Notes under the pieces: model-generated
What the model saw: only the letters and a program-made list of their open reading frames with translations
Told to the model about the DNA's origin: nothing
Databases searched by the model: none
In this document: in pieces, positions 61,040-64,000 of the stretch
How positions within the stretch are numbered: position 1 is the first letter of the stretch
Layout: each line of letters opens with the position of its first letter
Assembly: GCF_902459465.1 (NCBI RefSeq)
Contig: NC_047064.1
Coordinates: 14,942,001-15,006,000 of the forward strand
DNA length: 64,000 nucleotides
Reading direction: 5' to 3'
DNA from: Asterias rubens
Taxonomy: Eukaryota
Program-made: the position numbers and the translations under genes

Positions 61040-61720
61040 CATAAAGTGTTTTCCTTCCCGCCTAACAAAATCTTCCGCCCTCTCTAGTCTACGGCGGATA
61101 GTCTGCATTCATTGGCTGAAAATTTAAGGGTTTATCGGAGAGTCGTCACTGATTGGCCAACCGATCACGCGGGGGGGGGGGGCTGGTGACGTGAAATTGG
61201 TGTCTATGCTGGTGGAGTAGTTTGACGGACGACCATTTTGTACAATCCACAACGAATTTTAATTTGAGTACCTCGTCATGCATTTAATTAGGAGGGTAGT
61301 GACACTAGTGTTACAAGTTGTCAGCGAGCTGCATACCCGGTGGAACGCCTGCTGCCCCGCCCCTCCCCCGTCTTACTGCATGGGTGTTAAACATCCGTGC
61401 TTGGTTACGTTGGTGGCGCTCATTTCCTGTTCCACATTTTGTATTTTTCCTGCTCTCAATCTCATCCTGTCGCTTCGAACGAAGATGCACTGTTTACAAA
61501 TTGTAACGTTTATAGATGACCTCTCATTAACTAAGCTCTACTCATTCATGAGTCATGACAAGATTCTTTCTACAACACCATTGTAATCTTTATGATTGAT
61601 TTGAACACGCTTTTGAAAAGCAGTTTTTTTATGTCCTATTTTGTTTTGGAATTTGCCGGAGTTCTTCTTTCAACCCAAGGATGATCTCAACACATGATCG
61701 TATGAATTTGAAGTTCGGTA
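61040..61720 (+). promoter_or_regulatory. CpG-enriched promoter-like region, possibly with the first exon of a downstream gene
   Basis: ATTGG at 61111 and 61152, TGACGTGA at 61187-94, GC boxes at about 61057, 61075 and 61354, and a strong donor G|GTAAGT at 61718. No recognisable protein; orientation inferred only from the donor. Confidence 0.35.
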
Positions 61721-62045
61721 AGTAAAGCTACATCATGATCAGTCACATGGCCGGCTTTAGTACAGTACCCAATCCAATCACGTCAACCCCCCCCCCCGTT
61801 TTTGTCCAATACTTCGTACAATTACCCCCCCCCCCCTGCCCTCACAACCAGTTATTAATACTTGTCAAGCACGCAACTAGAGCTCATTCTAGAAAATAAG
61901 GTGCATCCTTATATAATGATTATAGTTTCTGGAAGTAGCACGCAACTACTTCTAGAAAATATCCTGGTGTCATGTGTTTTCAGTAGGATAACAGGAAAAT
62001 TGTTCACAATCAAAAACTGAATGTTTTTTTTTCAAATCGGAAAAG

Positions 62046-62173
62046 TTTCCGTATGGCGCCACCACTTTTTCATTCGAAATAAAATAATATAGGGATTATA
62101 GTATCTAATTTACCTGATAGATATATCCCTTTTTGTAATAAATGAGTGAAAAAGTGGTGACGCCATACGGAAA
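62046..62173. mobile_element. Hairpin MITE
   Basis: TTTCCGTATGGCGCCACCACTTTTTCA ... TGAAAAAGTGGTGACGCCATACGGAAA; related fragments near 63215-63300 and 63830-63855. Confidence 0.65.
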
Positions 62174-63393
62174 GTTATCCTTTAAATCATCTATCCAATT
62201 TTTTAACAATAACACTTACACTTCATGGTGTGTTGAAATTTTTAAAGTTTTGGTTTTACGTTGTGAGAGACAGTCCGCCATTAACAGTGCTTAATGCATG
62301 CACGACAATGGAGCAACGTCATATGTTTTCACACCTTTCATTGGTTGGTATTTTATTGAATATTCCGAAGCTAGTATTGCGTGCAAAATAAATCAAAAAC
62401 ATTATTCAATTACTACTTAACAAATTTAATTACATTTTTGTCCCAAGGCATTATGGCTACTATATTAGAATCGAGAGATATCATAAGGCATGGTAGTAAA
62501 ACACCCCATCCCCCTTAAAACAAATCCGTTTTCCCCCATTTTAGACCAGTAATGTTTTGTTTCAGGAGATAAGAAACCAATCTATGATATATTCTCTTTA
62601 ATATAGACGTAATATTTTTTACGCTTATCGGAATTTATTACAGTATGCAGTTAATCACTTAAAATATTTTAATTTTTTCCTCATATTGGCACACCATAGA
62701 ATCCCAAATAGTAACCACCTCACGTGATCCATCTAGTGACTAAAACAGAATGAAACTCAATCTTGCAGATAGTAATTCTGTTTTGAACTTTCGAGGTTGG
62801 ATGATGTTTCTTTGACTCAATTTGAATGTTGGCATAATAATGCACTAGTGATTTGTACCAAAAATCAATCATTTTATAAACATTTGAGCATAACCAACGA
62901 CAGCATGATTAAGCCTGATGAAAATACAGACTGTGAGTAAACTGCATAGCTTCTGTCACCGGTGCAGCTTGCACAATCTCGCGGTAAACGGGAATCAAAG
63001 TTGGGGACCGAAAACATATGAGGGTCGATAACGTATGACGCTACGATATAAGGCTCACGGGGGGATAGTTTCTAGAAGTAGCACGCAACTACCTCCGATC
63101 CGACCATGGTACAAAATCATTACAATGTTTTGTTGAGGTGTTCATGTGCATATCACTTATCAGTGCAGTCAGGGTATTTCTTTACAAAAGTCATGTGGGT
63201 AGGTTGGATAACTTTCCATGGCGCCACCACGTTTTCACTAATTTTTACAAAAAGGGATAGGTTGTCTGAATCTCATTGAGGTAAATTAGATACTATTATA
63301 CAACACCCAAGCAGATCCTTGTCATTTGATTGGAGGATTGTCCGTCACGTGATAGCAAATAAAAGTACCATTGCACGCTGAGTCACTCGCCGT

Positions 63394-63478
63394 GCTTTTT
63401 CGTTCCATCCGAAAAGTACCATTGCACGCTGGCACGCTGCCAGCGTGCAATGGTACTTTTCGGATGGAACGAAAAAGC
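63394..63478. repeat. Perfect 41-bp inverted repeat with a 3-nt loop
   Basis: Arms 63394-63434 and 63438-63478 were checked base by base. Confidence 0.92.
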
Positions 63479-64000
63479 TGAGTAAAAACATCACTGCGTG
63501 CGCGTGTCTTTGGTAACGCAGCAGGTGTTACTGCAAGAAGGCATAGTAAAATTACTAGCATTCGGCTTCTACAGTTGAAATTGTTTGTTTTGAAAGTTGT
63601 TTCTTTCAATCAAAATGACAAAGTTCTACTTGGATGTTATATAAAACAAATAATGAATGTTTTTCATTCGTGCAATGGTGCGAATATGTTCATTCGTTGA
63701 AAGCTGGAATGTTCCATTCAACTCGGCTCCGCCTCGTTGAATAGAACATTCCATCTTTCAACTCATGAACATATTTGCACCATTGCACTCATAAACATTC
63801 ATTATGTGTATACTATTATTTCATATCGAAGTGGTGGCGCCATACAGAAACTTTTCTGTAGGTTTTATTGATTGAAACATGGAGGAAGGTAGTTGCGATA
63901 GCGTAACCCTCCTCCCGCCATTGGGAGGGTTAGGGTTACATTATATCCCAATAGGAGGGAGGTAGACCCAGCTGGGGCGCTGTATTAATTTTTAAAAAAA

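Noticed and set aside
61278-61586. 102-aa plus-strand ORF in the promoter-like region
   Set aside because: Cys/Leu-rich composition typical of non-coding GC-richer DNA; no domain recognised.

Overview
This is AT-rich animal genomic DNA, inferred to be echinoderm and most likely a sea star, based on SURF modules and the repeat types. One + strand gene fills most of the window: a giant clade-A fibrillar procollagen of the sea-urchin 2alpha/5alpha type. I reconstructed 66 GT-AG exons by hand from ATG 13391 to TAA 58695. They sum to 12,990 nt in one open frame (4,329 aa). Domain order: signal peptide, 10-Cys VWC, 20 four-Cys SURF modules, interrupted minor helix, N-telopeptide, uninterrupted 1,014-residue (338 triplet) Gly-X-Y helix, Tyr-rich C-telopeptide, 8-Cys COLFI C-propeptide. 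Most notable: (1) the SURF modules alternate strictly between two sequence types and sit in frame-symmetric phase-1 exons, so the locus could give anything from a 1,418-aa compact chain to the 4,329-aa giant; (2) a collagen 5' stem-loop with vertebrate LARP6-element geometry surrounds the start codon; (3) two blocks of precise intron loss in the helix. The rest is non-coding: MITEs (including TTAA-flanked Kolobok/T2-like ones), tRNA-derived SINEs, tandem repeats, a perfect 41-bp hairpin, and a possible downstream promoter near 61 kb. Almost all short ORFs in the supplied track are noise, or exon frames running into introns. All alignments, counts and comparisons with human collagen were done by eye or from memory; no search was run.
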